Positions 34,799-44,669 are shown, counted from the first letter of the stretch. The stretch: DNA of 64,000 nucleotides from Candidatus Saccharibacteria bacterium UBA3304 (GCA_002361425.1 DESW01000014.1:376-64375); one strand, 5' to 3'. The notes: generated by a model from the letters alone, not told the origin. A program made the numbers and translations.

Positions 34799-37273
34799 AT
34801 GGTAGATGAATTTAGCGAAATTATGAACCATCTCAGCGAAAATGCGCGCTTTGCGTTGCAGAAAGCTGACTATTTTTCCAAACGCTACAATCAAGGCTAC
34901 ATGGGCACCGAGCATCTCTTGATGGGCATTATGGCTCAGGACACTTGTACTGGCGCTAAAATTTTAGCTAGTGAGGGCGTTGACCTTGACCAAATCGAGC
35001 GCGCACAGGGCAAGGTTGCCGTCGATGTTCCGGCTGCGCCAATGGCAATGATGTCTCTTTCCGAAGCAACTGTTCTTACGCTTCGTATGTCTCTCAACTT
35101 CGTCAAGGAGAATGGCCTCGACATTGTTGGTACTGAGCATATCGTTTATTCGCTTTTGCGCCAGCCAAATTCTCGTGCTAGTGTTCTTTTGAATCAGCTC
35201 GACGTTGACTTAGATAAGGTCGCGAATGAGATTGAAGAACTTATCGAAAAACAGGCCGACGAAGCTAAACTTGAAGCTCGGAAACGCAAGGCTGGCAAAC
35301 GTCCAACTTTCCGCTGGCTTAATAAATTTGGTACTGACCTTACCGACCAGGCAAAGCAGGGCAAACTCGATACTGTTATTGGCCGCGACCAGGAAATCGA
35401 ACGTGCTGTTACGGTTCTTTGCCGCCGCACAAAATCTAATCCGGTCCTCATTGGCGAGGCTGGCGTCGGTAAAACTGCTATCGTTGAAGGCCTTGCGATG
35501 CGCATCGCAAAAAACGATGTACCGAGTGCTTTGATTGGTAAACGTATATACCAAATCGACCTTAGCTCTGTCGTTGCTGGCACGAAATTCCGCGGCGAAT
35601 TTGAGGAGCGCATTAAAGGTATTATTGACGAAGCGGTCGACAATGATGACGTAATCCTATTCATCGATGAGCTCCATTTGCTCGCTGGCGCTGGTAGTGC
35701 AGAAGGTAGCATGGACGCCGCAAATATTCTCAAGCCAGCTCTCGCACGCAACCAGCTCAAACTCATTGGCGCAACCACCCTTGATGAATATCGCAAGAAT
35801 ATCGAAAAGGATAAAGCACTTGCTCGCCGCTTCCAAACCGTCATGGTTAACGAACCATCGCCAACTATTACGCTCCGCATTTTGAAGGGCATCAAAAAAC
35901 ATTACGAAGAGCACCATCAAGTCACGATTTCTGATGAAATTCTTGAAGAAGCAATTAATCTTTCCGAACGCTATATTTCTGATCGTTTCATGCCAGACAA
36001 AGTCATCGACGTAATCGATGAAGCTAGTGCAATCGCTCGCGTTTCACTCGATAAGGCTGGCGCTAGCGTTTATAAGAAAAATAAGATCGAACTTGCTGGC
36101 TTGCAGGAAAAAATCGAAGCTGCTGCCGAGAAAGAAGACTACGAAAAGGCTGCAGAATATAAGACTCGCGCTGCGCAGCTCGAAGCTGAAATTAAGAAGC
36201 TCGAAAAAGCTAATAAGAATCTCGATAAGGCTCCTGCGGTTACGAGCGATAATCTCGCCCAGGCAATCAGCCTCAAGACTGGCATTCCAGTTAGTCGTGT
36301 TCGCGGCTCCGAACAGGAACTGCTATTGAACCTCGAAAAGCATCTCCAGAAAGAAATTATCGGTCAGGATGCCGCAATTAAGGCAACTGCTAAGGCGATT
36401 CGCCGTGGCCGTTCCGGTATCGCAGATATCCATCGCCCAATTGGTTCCTTCATCTTCATGGGCCCAACCGGTGTCGGTAAAACTGAGCTCGCAAAAACCA
36501 TTGCGCGCGAAGTCTTTGGCGGCGATGATGCTTTGATTAAAATCGATATGTCCGAATTTGGCGAAAAGCACAATGTTGCTCGCCTCGTCGGTGCACCAGC
36601 TGGTTATGTTGGCTATGAAGATGGCGGCAAACTTACCGAGCAAATTCGTCGTCGCCCATATTCCGTTGTACTCTTTGACGAAATCGAAAAAGCTCATCCA
36701 GAAGTCTTCAATATTCTCCTTCAGATTCTTGAGGATGGCGAGTTGACCGACGGCCAGGGCACGAAAGTTAAGTTCAATAACTCGATTATTATTCTTACAA
36801 GTAATCTCGGCGCGGAAGACATGTATCGCGAATCCGAAATGGGCTTTGCGGCGAAAACGAAGCACGATGCAAAAGAGCTTGCGGCTGAACATGACGCTAA
36901 CGAAGCTGCTGCAATGAAAGCACTTCGCAAACTCATGCGCCCAGAACTCATTAATCGTTTTGATGCAATCGTTACCTTCAACGCACTCAGTGAAAAGAAC
37001 GTCGAGCAAATCTTCAATAATATGATTGAGGATCTCAAGAAGCGCCTCGCTACTAAATCGATTGGTCTCGAAATTACGCCAAGCGCCAAGAAACATCTCA
37101 TCGAAGAAGGTTACGACATTAAGAATGGTGCACGCCCAATGCGCCGCGCCATCGAAGACGAAGTCGAAACTTTGCTTGCTGATGGCATTCTTGCCGGTAA
37201 GCTCAATAAGGGCGATATTGCCAAGATTGAGTATCAGAAGGGCAAGTTTACGCTCGTTAAAGCACGCGAATAA
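34799..37273 (+). CDS. clpC: ATP-dependent Clp protease ATP-binding subunit ClpC
   Basis: Clp_N repeats, AAA-1 GEAGVGKT, UVR-like coiled coil, AAA-2 GPTGVGKT, sensor GARPMRR. Start set to ATG 34799, 6 nt after TATAAT; the track GTG 34775 lies inside the CIRCE operator. Confidence 0.9.
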   Translation: MVDEFSEIMNHLSENARFALQKADYFSKRYNQGYMGTEHLLMGIMAQDTCTGAKILASEGVDLDQIERAQGKVAVDVPAAPMAMMSLSEATVLTLRMSLNFVKENGLDIVGTEHIVYSLLRQPNSRASVLLNQLDVDLDKVANEIEELIEKQADEAKLEARKRKAGKRPTFRWLNKFGTDLTDQAKQGKLDTVIGRDQEIERAVTVLCRRTKSNPVLIGEAGVGKTAIVEGLAMRIAKNDVPSALIGKRIYQIDLSSVVAGTKFRGEFEERIKGIIDEAVDNDDVILFIDELHLLAGAGSAEGSMDAANILKPALARNQLKLIGATTLDEYRKNIEKDKALARRFQTVMVNEPSPTITLRILKGIKKHYEEHHQVTISDEILEEAINLSERYISDRFMPDKVIDVIDEASAIARVSLDKAGASVYKKNKIELAGLQEKIEAAAEKEDYEKAAEYKTRAAQLEAEIKKLEKANKNLDKAPAVTSDNLAQAISLKTGIPVSRVRGSEQELLLNLEKHLQKEIIGQDAAIKATAKAIRRGRSGIADIHRPIGSFIFMGPTGVGKTELAKTIAREVFGGDDALIKIDMSEFGEKHNVARLVGAPAGYVGYEDGGKLTEQIRRRPYSVVLFDEIEKAHPEVFNILLQILEDGELTDGQGTKVKFNNSIIILTSNLGAEDMYRESEMGFAAKTKHDAKELAAEHDANEAAAMKALRKLMRPELINRFDAIVTFNALSEKNVEQIFNNMIEDLKKRLATKSIGLEITPSAKKHLIEEGYDIKNGARPMRRAIEDEVETLLADGILAGKLNKGDIAKIEYQKGKFTLVKARE

Positions 37274-37297
37274 CGCGTTTATGCTAAAATTAGCTTA

Positions 37298-38389
37298 ATG
37301 GATCAAGATAATCCCAATGGTTTTGTTGAAAGCGAACGTGGTATTATTTTGAATGCGCCACTGCCAGAAGAAAGGCAGTCTCCGACTGCGCCCGCGCCAA
37401 AACCGCCAAAGAAACATGAGGGCAAAATTGTCGGTCTTGTCCTATTCATACTCGCGGCTGGCTTGATTGCTTTTGCGGCAACTCAAATCGACTATACGGC
37501 TATTTCCGATACGATTGCCGGCAATGGCTATGAAGCAGGTGAAGTCCTCGAAAAAGTTATCAGTGATATTGATTTGACTGATGACGGTATGCGCATTTTA
37601 AAGGCGACGCGCCCAGCTTTGCAGAGCGCAGATGAATTTAATAATAACTGCCAGTCGAAGGTTCAGAATTCATCAACTCTTGGCTGCTATCGTGATGGTC
37701 GTATCTATATCTACGATATTTATCGTGCAGAACTAGAGGGTATTCGCCAGGCTACGCTTGCGCATGAGTTTTTGCATGCCGTATGGGCACGCATGAGCGG
37801 TGCTGAACGCGAGAGTCTTTCTGCTTCATTGAAGAGTGTTTATGATAGTAATAAAACTATCCAGAAGGACATGGAAATTTATGATGTTTCGGATCCTAAC
37901 GACGAAATTCATTCACGTATAGGCACGCAGGTTGCGCCAGAAGAATTGCCGGAGGATTTACGCGCGCATTATGCAAAGTATTTCAAAAGCCATGCCGATA
38001 CAGTCGCATATTATGTTAAATATAATTTAGTTTTTGAGGACCTCACCACGCGCCTAGAGCAGTTGCAGGCTGACATTGCGGAAAACCGCAAAAAGCTCGA
38101 GATAATGAAAACTAATTATAAGAATGAGTACGATACGTTTAATGCGGATTTGAAGTCATATAATGAGCGTCGCAACGATCCAAAAGGCTTTTCTTCGGAT
38201 GAAGAATTCCGATTAACATATGAGAAGCTCGTAGATCAACAAAAACATCTCCAGGCCAGTTACAATACGCTCGTGTCCTATATTGAAGAAACTAATAAGC
38301 TTATTAACGACTATAACCAAAAGGCGCTTTATTCTAACGATTTGCAGCATAGCATCGATAGTAATTTCAAGCCAGCTGACAATTTTTAG
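37298..38389 (+). CDS. membrane-anchored putative zinc metalloprotease (HExxH) with coiled-coil C-half
   Basis: 363 aa with one TM (IVGLVLFILAAGLIAFAA), an HEFLH motif, and a long helical C-terminal region. Confidence 0.5.
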   Translation: MDQDNPNGFVESERGIILNAPLPEERQSPTAPAPKPPKKHEGKIVGLVLFILAAGLIAFAATQIDYTAISDTIAGNGYEAGEVLEKVISDIDLTDDGMRILKATRPALQSADEFNNNCQSKVQNSSTLGCYRDGRIYIYDIYRAELEGIRQATLAHEFLHAVWARMSGAERESLSASLKSVYDSNKTIQKDMEIYDVSDPNDEIHSRIGTQVAPEELPEDLRAHYAKYFKSHADTVAYYVKYNLVFEDLTTRLEQLQADIAENRKKLEIMKTNYKNEYDTFNADLKSYNERRNDPKGFSSDEEFRLTYEKLVDQQKHLQASYNTLVSYIEETNKLINDYNQKALYSNDLQHSIDSNFKPADNF

Positions 38390-38412
38390 CACTCTTGCAT
38401 TTTGAGTGCTAA
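38386..38412. promoter_or_regulatory. CIRCE operator overlapping the clpP promoter
   Basis: TTAGCACTC-ttgcatttt-GAGTGCTAA, a second exact consensus copy. It contains the stop codon of the preceding gene. Confidence 0.85.
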
Positions 38413-38423
38413 TTTACTATAAT
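38395..38423 (+). promoter_or_regulatory. clpP promoter (-35 TTGCAT, 17 nt, -10 TATAAT), leaderless-type
   Basis: Same geometry as clpC. ATG 38430 is 6 nt after the -10. Confidence 0.7.
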
Positions 38424-38429
38424 GGAGCC

Positions 38430-39011
38430 ATGAAAGATTATTTGGTTCCAACAGTTATTGAAGAAGATAATCGCGGTGAACGTGCCTATGATATTTATTC
38501 GCGTTTGCTTAAAGAGCGCGTAGTATTCTTGGGCGAAGAGGTTAACTCTGCAACCGCAAACATCGTTATTGCACAGCTCTTGCATCTTGCTTATGAAGAT
38601 CCAAAGAAAGACATTAAGCTCTATATTAACTCTCCTGGCGGCTCCGTTTATGATGGTCTCGCTATTATCGATACGATGAACTATATCGAGCCAGATGTTC
38701 AGACTATCGGTATCGGCCTTCAGGCTTCCATGGGTGCAATGCTTCTTTCTGCTGGCACCAAGGGCAAACGTTTTGCGTTACCAAACTCTCGCATTATGAT
38801 TCATCAGCCAAGCTCCGGCACGGAAGGTAAGATTACCGACCAGGAAATTGCTCTTCGTGAAGGCGTTTACTTAAAGAAAGTTCTCGCTGAAATGATGGCA
38901 AAGAACACTGGCAAGACTCTCGCTCAGGTTGAAAAAGACATGGATCGCGACAACTGGATGTCCGCCAAAGAAGCCAAAGAATACGGCATTATCGACGAAG
39001 TTATCGAATAA
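38430..39011 (+). CDS. clpP: ATP-dependent Clp protease proteolytic subunit
   Basis: 193 aa. [19 protein letters not shown], catalytic-Ser context GLQASMGA, His in MIHQP. Start at ATG 38430, 6 nt after TATAAT. Confidence 0.92.
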   Translation: MKDYLVPTVIEEDNRGERAYDIYSRLLKERVVFLGEEVNSATANIVIAQLLHLAYEDPKKDIKLYINSPGGSVYDGLAIIDTMNYIEPDVQTIGIGLQASMGAMLLSAGTKGKRFALPNSRIMIHQPSSGTEGKITDQEIALREGVYLKKVLAEMMAKNTGKTLAQVEKDMDRDNWMSAKEAKEYGIIDEVIE

Positions 39012-39022
39012 TAATGGCCAAG

Positions 39023-39058
39023 AAAAACACCCGAGTTTCCGGTACTCGGGTGTTTTTT
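39023..39058. terminator. bidirectional terminator (clpP / lipoprotein gene)
   Basis: A-run, acacccgagt-ttccggt-actcgggtgt, T6. Confidence 0.85.
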
Positions 39059-39059
39059 C

Positions 39060-39719
39060 TTATCCGTTGAGATGGTCGATATCGATGTCATAATAACTTT
39101 GAATTTCTGCATCAATCTCGGCATTAATTTCGTCGAATTTGTCTTCTGGTGCCGTCAAAAGACGTATCTCGCGCCATAAATAATCAAGTTCGTCGAAACC
39201 AATCTGGACATTATAATCGTCGATTACTAGCCCAGTCGTAAAGTCTGTTGCAGAGAAATGATATTCGGTGTCTTCCCAACTGTTCCCGTCGATTTTTCCA
39301 AGTCTAATAACATCGCCATTCACCATTCGGGTGGCGGGTGAAATTTTTATTGCGACCTGGAAAGTCTCCTTGTCGTTGTAGTCGATTGGCTCGACAATAA
39401 TTTCATCTAGAGTGCTCGAAAGAACACATTTACAGCCAACTGCCTTGCAGAAAGCTGCTATATCGAAGAAATCGTTGTCGTTATAGAAGTCTGCCTCCAT
39501 GTAGCCCTTCATAGCTTCATAGGTTTGGACCTTAAGTTCTGCGGTGTGATCAATCTTTGGTGATTCTTCGGATGCAGATACAGGGGCAACCAGTGGCTCC
39601 TCAATTACTGTTACGGTAGCAGGTTTAGGCGCCTCTGCCGCTCTATTTTCGCCACTTACGCAGGCGATCATTGCTCCGCAAAATACTGTTGTAGCGAGAA
39701 AAATAACTAATCTTTTCAT
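39060..39719 (-). CDS. lipoprotein, unknown function
   Basis: Signal peptide with lipobox-like GAMIAC. 219 aa, acidic. GGAGGTG SD. Confidence 0.6.
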   Translation of the reverse strand: MKRLVIFLATTVFCGAMIACVSGENRAAEAPKPATVTVIEEPLVAPVSASEESPKIDHTAELKVQTYEAMKGYMEADFYNDNDFFDIAAFCKAVGCKCVLSSTLDEIIVEPIDYNDKETFQVAIKISPATRMVNGDVIRLGKIDGNSWEDTEYHFSATDFTTGLVIDDYNVQIGFDELDYLWREIRLLTAPEDKFDEINAEIDAEIQSYYDIDIDHLNG

Positions 39720-39857
39720 TTTCTACACACCTCCATTCAATGCGCGCAAAAAACTCCAACTCTTCCGGATAAGAATTTAAAGGAGCCTCGCAGTTACGCT
39801 AACCCTATTATTATACCACAAGCGGCTTAAAAAGTCAATACGTGCTACACTATAGGT

Positions 39858-41219
39858 ATGGCAAAATCCAAAGCAAAATTCGTCTGTCAAAACTGTGGTA
39901 CTAGCTACGTAAAATGGGCTGGTCGCTGCGAGAATTGCGGCGAATGGAATACTCTACTTGAGCAAGAAGTTCCGACTGAAGCCGAAGCGAAATCTGCGCT
40001 TTCTAAAGCGGCCGTTTCTGGCAAAAAACTTTCCGCTGTTTCTATCAATGAGATTGAACCTTCCGATGCCGGCAGTCGCCTAAAAACTGGTTTTCCTGAA
40101 CTTGATGGCGTACTCGGTGGCGGTATTTTGCTTGGCGGTGTTGCTTTACTCGCTGGTCAGCCGGGCATGGGCAAATCGACTATTTTAATGCAGATCTGTG
40201 CCACGATCTCTGGCTCCGGTCATAAAGTACTCTATGTTTCTGGTGAGGAATCGGCAGGGCAGGTCAAGATGCGCGCGATTCGTCTCGGTGCTAGCTCAGA
40301 TAAACTGCATTTTGCTAGCTCGTCTTCGGCGAACGATATCGCGAAAACTATTGAAGAAGACGGATACGATCTTGTGATTGTCGATTCGATTCAGACTCTA
40401 ATGATGGCGGAGATTTCTTCCGCGCCAGGTACAGTCAGTCAGGTTAGCAACTGCGGTAATCTCATTATTCGCGCTGCCAAATCTAGTGGCACTGCGGTTA
40501 TTATCGTTGGCCATGTCACTAAAGAGGGGACGCTTGCTGGCCCGAAAGTTCTCGAGCATCTCGTTGACGTGGTTTTGAATTTTGAGGGCGATCGTTATGG
40601 TGGCTTCAAGACCATCCGCGCCGTCAAAAACCGCTTTGGCTCGACGAATGAAGTTGCGATTTTTGAGATGGCGACCGAAGGTCTCGTAGAAGTGAAGAAT
40701 CCGTCCGAGGCTCTCCTTTCTGAACGTCAAAATACCGACGGTAGCATCATTATGGCGACTATTGAAGGCACGCGTCCGCTACTCGTTGAAATTCAGGCGC
40801 TCGTTAATACGACTAACTTTGGCTATCCGAAACGTACGGCTTCTGGCTTTGACTTAAATCGTCTCAACTTACTAATTGCCGTACTTGAAAAGCGCACTAA
40901 GCTCAAACTTCAGGACAAAGATATCTTTATCAACGTCGTTGGCGGCATGAAGCTTAATGATTCGGCTGCTGACCTCGCGATTTGTATGGCTATTGCTAGC
41001 GCCGCTGCGGGCCGCAAACTCGACGAAAAAGTCGTTGTCTTCGGTGAAGTTGGCCTTGGCGGGGAAATCCGTTCCGTTATCGCGCCAGACCGTCGCATTG
41101 CTGAAGCGAAGAAGCTTGGCTTCAAGAATGCAATCGCGCCAGCGACCGTCAAAGATAAGTTTGTTTTGCCGGTCAAGGATCTCCGCGATGCGCTCATAAA
41201 ATATATGAACAACAAATAG
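39858..41219 (+). CDS. radA: DNA repair protein RadA/Sms
   Basis: N-terminal zinc ribbon CQNCG...CENCGEWNT, Walker A GQPGMGKST, KNRFG motif, Lon-like C-domain. Confidence 0.92.
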   Translation: MAKSKAKFVCQNCGTSYVKWAGRCENCGEWNTLLEQEVPTEAEAKSALSKAAVSGKKLSAVSINEIEPSDAGSRLKTGFPELDGVLGGGILLGGVALLAGQPGMGKSTILMQICATISGSGHKVLYVSGEESAGQVKMRAIRLGASSDKLHFASSSSANDIAKTIEEDGYDLVIVDSIQTLMMAEISSAPGTVSQVSNCGNLIIRAAKSSGTAVIIVGHVTKEGTLAGPKVLEHLVDVVLNFEGDRYGGFKTIRAVKNRFGSTNEVAIFEMATEGLVEVKNPSEALLSERQNTDGSIIMATIEGTRPLLVEIQALVNTTNFGYPKRTASGFDLNRLNLLIAVLEKRTKLKLQDKDIFINVVGGMKLNDSAADLAICMAIASAAAGRKLDEKVVVFGEVGLGGEIRSVIAPDRRIAEAKKLGFKNAIAPATVKDKFVLPVKDLRDALIKYMNNK

Positions 41220-41257
41220 TTGCATCTACCCCTAATCTGTGGTAAAATAATTCCAAT

Positions 41258-41524
41258 ATGATTACTAAAGATAACAAAGCTAAGGCTATTGCGAAGCTTG
41301 CCCGCAGCGACAAGGATGTCGGCTCTCCAGAGGTTCAGGTTGCTATTTTGACCGAGCGTATCAAGGAAGTTACCGAGCATGTCAAGGCAAACAAGCATGA
41401 CTTTATGGCTAAGCGCGGTCTCATCCAGATGGTTGGCCAGCGCAAAAAGTTGCTTAAGTATCTTGAGAAGACTGACTTCGAGACTTACAAAGCAACCGTC
41501 GCCAAACTTGGTCTCCGCAAATAA
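41258..41524 (+). CDS. rpsO: 30S ribosomal protein S15
   Basis: 88 aa. GSPEVQVAILTERIKEVTEHVKANKHDFMAKRGL...RKKLLKYL is the typical uS15 pattern. Confidence 0.92.
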   Translation: MITKDNKAKAIAKLARSDKDVGSPEVQVAILTERIKEVTEHVKANKHDFMAKRGLIQMVGQRKKLLKYLEKTDFETYKATVAKLGLRK

Positions 41525-41528
41525 TTAA

Positions 41529-41562
41529 AATCCGACCCACGATATCAGGGCCGGATTTTTTT
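41529..41562 (+). terminator. rpsO intrinsic terminator
   Basis: aatccg(a)ccc ... ggg(c)cggatt followed by T7. Confidence 0.8.
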
Positions 41563-41575
41563 CTTGTCAAAAACA

Positions 41576-41611
41576 GGGCAAAAAAGAAAGACCCGCGAAT
41601 GGGCGGGTCTT
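41576..41611 (-). terminator. terminator of the minus-strand orphan gene
   Basis: aagacccgc-gaatgg-gcgggtctt with a T-rich run on the minus strand. Confidence 0.75.
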
Positions 41612-41648
41612 ATATGTTAGTTTCCAGTGACGCGTTATACTACTGACC

Positions 41649-42245
41649 TTACGATTTTTCGCTGTCGCAAGCTGCTTCGCCAATAATCATCGAAAGATCA
41701 TCCAGCAATCTTGCTGGCGGCTTTGACTTCTTGGCGTCTTCTGCCTTTTCGGCGAATAACTCCAAGAAAAAGACTTTAGCGGCCTCCATGGTGCGGTTGC
41801 GAAAAGCAGTGGTAGCTTTTTTCGAACCTCTACGCAAATTGCAGCTCAGCAGTTCAAATTCATACCAATCAGCTCTCTCAAGCACGGCTGGTAGGATAAT
41901 ATTATCCTCAGTTCTTGCCTTTTTGTAAGGCATCCAAACTTTTTGGATAAAAGCATCTTTGCCGCCACAATCTTTTATGGTGTCATGCATGACACTCTTA
42001 TCTACCATAAAGACCGTACGGCAATCGAGCTGCTTGCCCTGATCGTCCTGCGTAGACTCTTCAGTGACTCGACATGGAGACAATAAGATTCTCGTAAGGT
42101 CATCTTTCTTGTCGTAGTCGAGATGCATGCTGGCTAGGCGGCCATCGCATGCTTCATCGAAGACTTCACGCAGACCTTTCTGATTGATGATCTTGCCTTT
42201 CACCTTGACCACGGTTCTGGAAACGAATAAAACTAAATCTGCCAT
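41649..42245 (-). CDS. hypothetical protein inserted between rpsO and pnp
   Basis: 198 aa from ATG 42245 (AAGGAGG SD 7 nt upstream); the track extension to 42374 lacks an SD. No motif recognised. Own intrinsic terminator at 41576-41611. Confidence 0.55.
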   Translation of the reverse strand: MADLVLFVSRTVVKVKGKIINQKGLREVFDEACDGRLASMHLDYDKKDDLTRILLSPCRVTEESTQDDQGKQLDCRTVFMVDKSVMHDTIKDCGGKDAFIQKVWMPYKKARTEDNIILPAVLERADWYEFELLSCNLRRGSKKATTAFRNRTMEAAKVFFLELFAEKAEDAKKSKPPARLLDDLSMIIGEAACDSEKS

Positions 42246-42482
42246 AGATACCTCCTTCACTATTTTTTTCGGACGCTGTTCCGACTGTACTTTTGGCAGT
42301 ACTTGCCCCATTAAAAGAAAAAATCCCTTAAGAGGCACATCTATAATTATAGCACAACCGGAAAATTGCGTCAAGGTGTGGTATAATAAAGGTACAATTA
42401 ATTATCGAGAAAATGATAGATATTTTCTCGCAAGTTATTGCGGTAGAATACTTATTATTTTCTCGAGGAAAGGTAGTTTTTG

Positions 42483-44669
42483 ATGGATATCATCAACCCA
42501 AGCGGCAAGAAAACCTTCAAGCTTGAGACTGATTTTTGTGGTCGCAAACTCGGTCTTGAAGTAAACCGTGTCGGTTTTCGTACCACTTCATCCGTGCTTG
42601 TCACTTATGGCGATACCGTTGTTCTCGGTTCCGTCGTAGTCGGCACTAAGCCAGTAGTTCAGGATTTCTTCCCACTCTCTATTGATTACGAAGAAAAGTA
42701 CTACGCTTCTGGCAAAATTAGCAGCAGCAAATTCATTAAGCGCGAAGGTAAGCCTTCTGATAACGCAGTCCTCGTTGGCCGCCTTATTGACCGCCCAATT
42801 CGCCCACTATTTCCAAAGGGCTATCGCCAGGAAATCCAGGTCGTTACGACTGTGCTTTCCATGGATCCAAGCTTCCGCCCAGATGTAATCGCAATGATTG
42901 CTGCATCTAGCGCACTTATGCTCGCTGGCGTTCCGTTTGACGGTCCTATCGCCGGTCTCCGCATCGGCCGTGTCAATGGTGAATATAAGGCATTCTTGAG
43001 CCCAGAAGAGCGCGAAGCATCTAATCTCGACCTCGTCGTTGCAGGTAAAGATTCTGGCATTACCATGGTTGAAGCTGGTGCAAACGAAGTCCCAGAAGAC
43101 GTCATTGTTGGCGGTCTCGAATGGGGTCTCAAGATGATTCAGCCTGCTATCGCCCTTCAGAATGAACTTCGCGAGAAGGTTGGCGTAGAAGAGAAGGAAT
43201 ATACCCTCATTCTCCCATCCGAAGAAGCTCAGGCGAAGGTTGATAAGTGGATGGAAGGCAAGCTTGGCCCAGAACTCCGCACTCAGAATACCATTGAGCG
43301 CAACAATCTTATTGATGAAATTCGCTGGGCAATGCACGATGAATTCTCTCAGGAAGTCACCGACGAAGAAGCTGGCATCACCGACAAGATGACTGACGAG
43401 GAGAAGACCAATGCTCGCACTCATTACTATGACGAGCACTTCCGCGCAGAATACAACGACGCATTCGAACTCGCTGTTAAGCATGATGTTCGCAAACATA
43501 TTATCGAAGACGGCATCCGCCCAGATGGCCGCAAGCTTGACGAGGTTCGCCCACTCAGCTCTCAGGTTGGCATTTTGCCACGCTGCCATGGCTCTAGCCT
43601 CTTTACTCGTGGTGTTACTCAGGCTATGAATATCGTCACTTTGGCTCCACTTAGCTACGCTCAGCTCGTAGATACAATGGAAGTCACCGATGGTACTCGT
43701 CGCTATATGCATCACTACAACGCACCTGGCTATACGGTTGGTGAAATTTCTCGCCTTGGTAGCCCAGGTCGCCGCGAAGTTGGTCACGGTTACCTCGCAG
43801 AGCGCGCGCTTCTTCCAGTTCTTCCAACTGAAGAAGAATTTCCATACGCAATCCGCAGCGTCACCGAGATTATGTCTCAGAACGGTTCTACTTCTATGGC
43901 TGCAACTTGTAGCTCTTGTCTCGCCCTCATGGACGCAGGTGTTCCACTCAAGCGCCCAGTCTCCGGTGTCGCTATGGGCCTTATGATGGATGGCGATACG
44001 CCATATGTCCTCACTGACCTTATGGATGCAGAAGACTTTGCTGGTGATATGGACTTCAAGGTTACCGGTACTACCGAAGGTGTTACCGCACTTCAAATGG
44101 ATATGAAAGTTCATGGTCTTCCGGTTGAAGTTCTCCGCAAGGCAATCGCTCAGGCTCATGAAGGCCGCATGTTCATCTTGAACCATATGCTTAGCGTCCT
44201 TCCTGGTCCACGTGATCATCTCAGCCCATATGCTCCTCAGATCGAGAAGCTCATGGTTAACCCAGATAAGATCGGTACCATTATCGGTAAAGGCGGTGAG
44301 ACTATTAACAAGATTACTTCCGAGACCGGCGCAGAGGTCAATATTGAAGAGAATGGTCTCGTCACTGTTGCTGCAAGCGACGCAGAGAAGATTAAGAAAG
44401 CTATGGACTGGATTAAATCTCTCATTGAAGAGCCAGAACCAGGCAAGATTTACAAAGGTAAAGTCGTCTCAATTAAAGACTTCGGTGCTTTCGTAAATAT
44501 TCTTCCAGGCATTGACGGTATGCTTCACATCTCTCAGATTTCCGACAAGCGCATCGAGAAGGTCACTGACGTGCTCACTGTTGGCGACGAAATCAAGGTT
44601 CGCCTTGACGCAATCGACGACAAAGGACGCCTCAGCCTCTCTATGAAAAACGTCGATCAAAAAGACTAA
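42483..44669 (+). CDS. pnp: polyribonucleotide nucleotidyltransferase (PNPase)
   Basis: Two RNase PH domains, KH (GKGGETINKI) and S1 (GKVVSIKDFGAFV) domains. GAGGAAAGG SD. Confidence 0.92.
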   Translation: MDIINPSGKKTFKLETDFCGRKLGLEVNRVGFRTTSSVLVTYGDTVVLGSVVVGTKPVVQDFFPLSIDYEEKYYASGKISSSKFIKREGKPSDNAVLVGRLIDRPIRPLFPKGYRQEIQVVTTVLSMDPSFRPDVIAMIAASSALMLAGVPFDGPIAGLRIGRVNGEYKAFLSPEEREASNLDLVVAGKDSGITMVEAGANEVPEDVIVGGLEWGLKMIQPAIALQNELREKVGVEEKEYTLILPSEEAQAKVDKWMEGKLGPELRTQNTIERNNLIDEIRWAMHDEFSQEVTDEEAGITDKMTDEEKTNARTHYYDEHFRAEYNDAFELAVKHDVRKHIIEDGIRPDGRKLDEVRPLSSQVGILPRCHGSSLFTRGVTQAMNIVTLAPLSYAQLVDTMEVTDGTRRYMHHYNAPGYTVGEISRLGSPGRREVGHGYLAERALLPVLPTEEEFPYAIRSVTEIMSQNGSTSMAATCSSCLALMDAGVPLKRPVSGVAMGLMMDGDTPYVLTDLMDAEDFAGDMDFKVTGTTEGVTALQMDMKVHGLPVEVLRKAIAQAHEGRMFILNHMLSVLPGPRDHLSPYAPQIEKLMVNPDKIGTIIGKGGETINKITSETGAEVNIEENGLVTVAASDAEKIKKAMDWIKSLIEEPEPGKIYKGKVVSIKDFGAFVNILPGIDGMLHISQISDKRIEKVTDVLTVGDEIKVRLDAIDDKGRLSLSMKNVDQKD

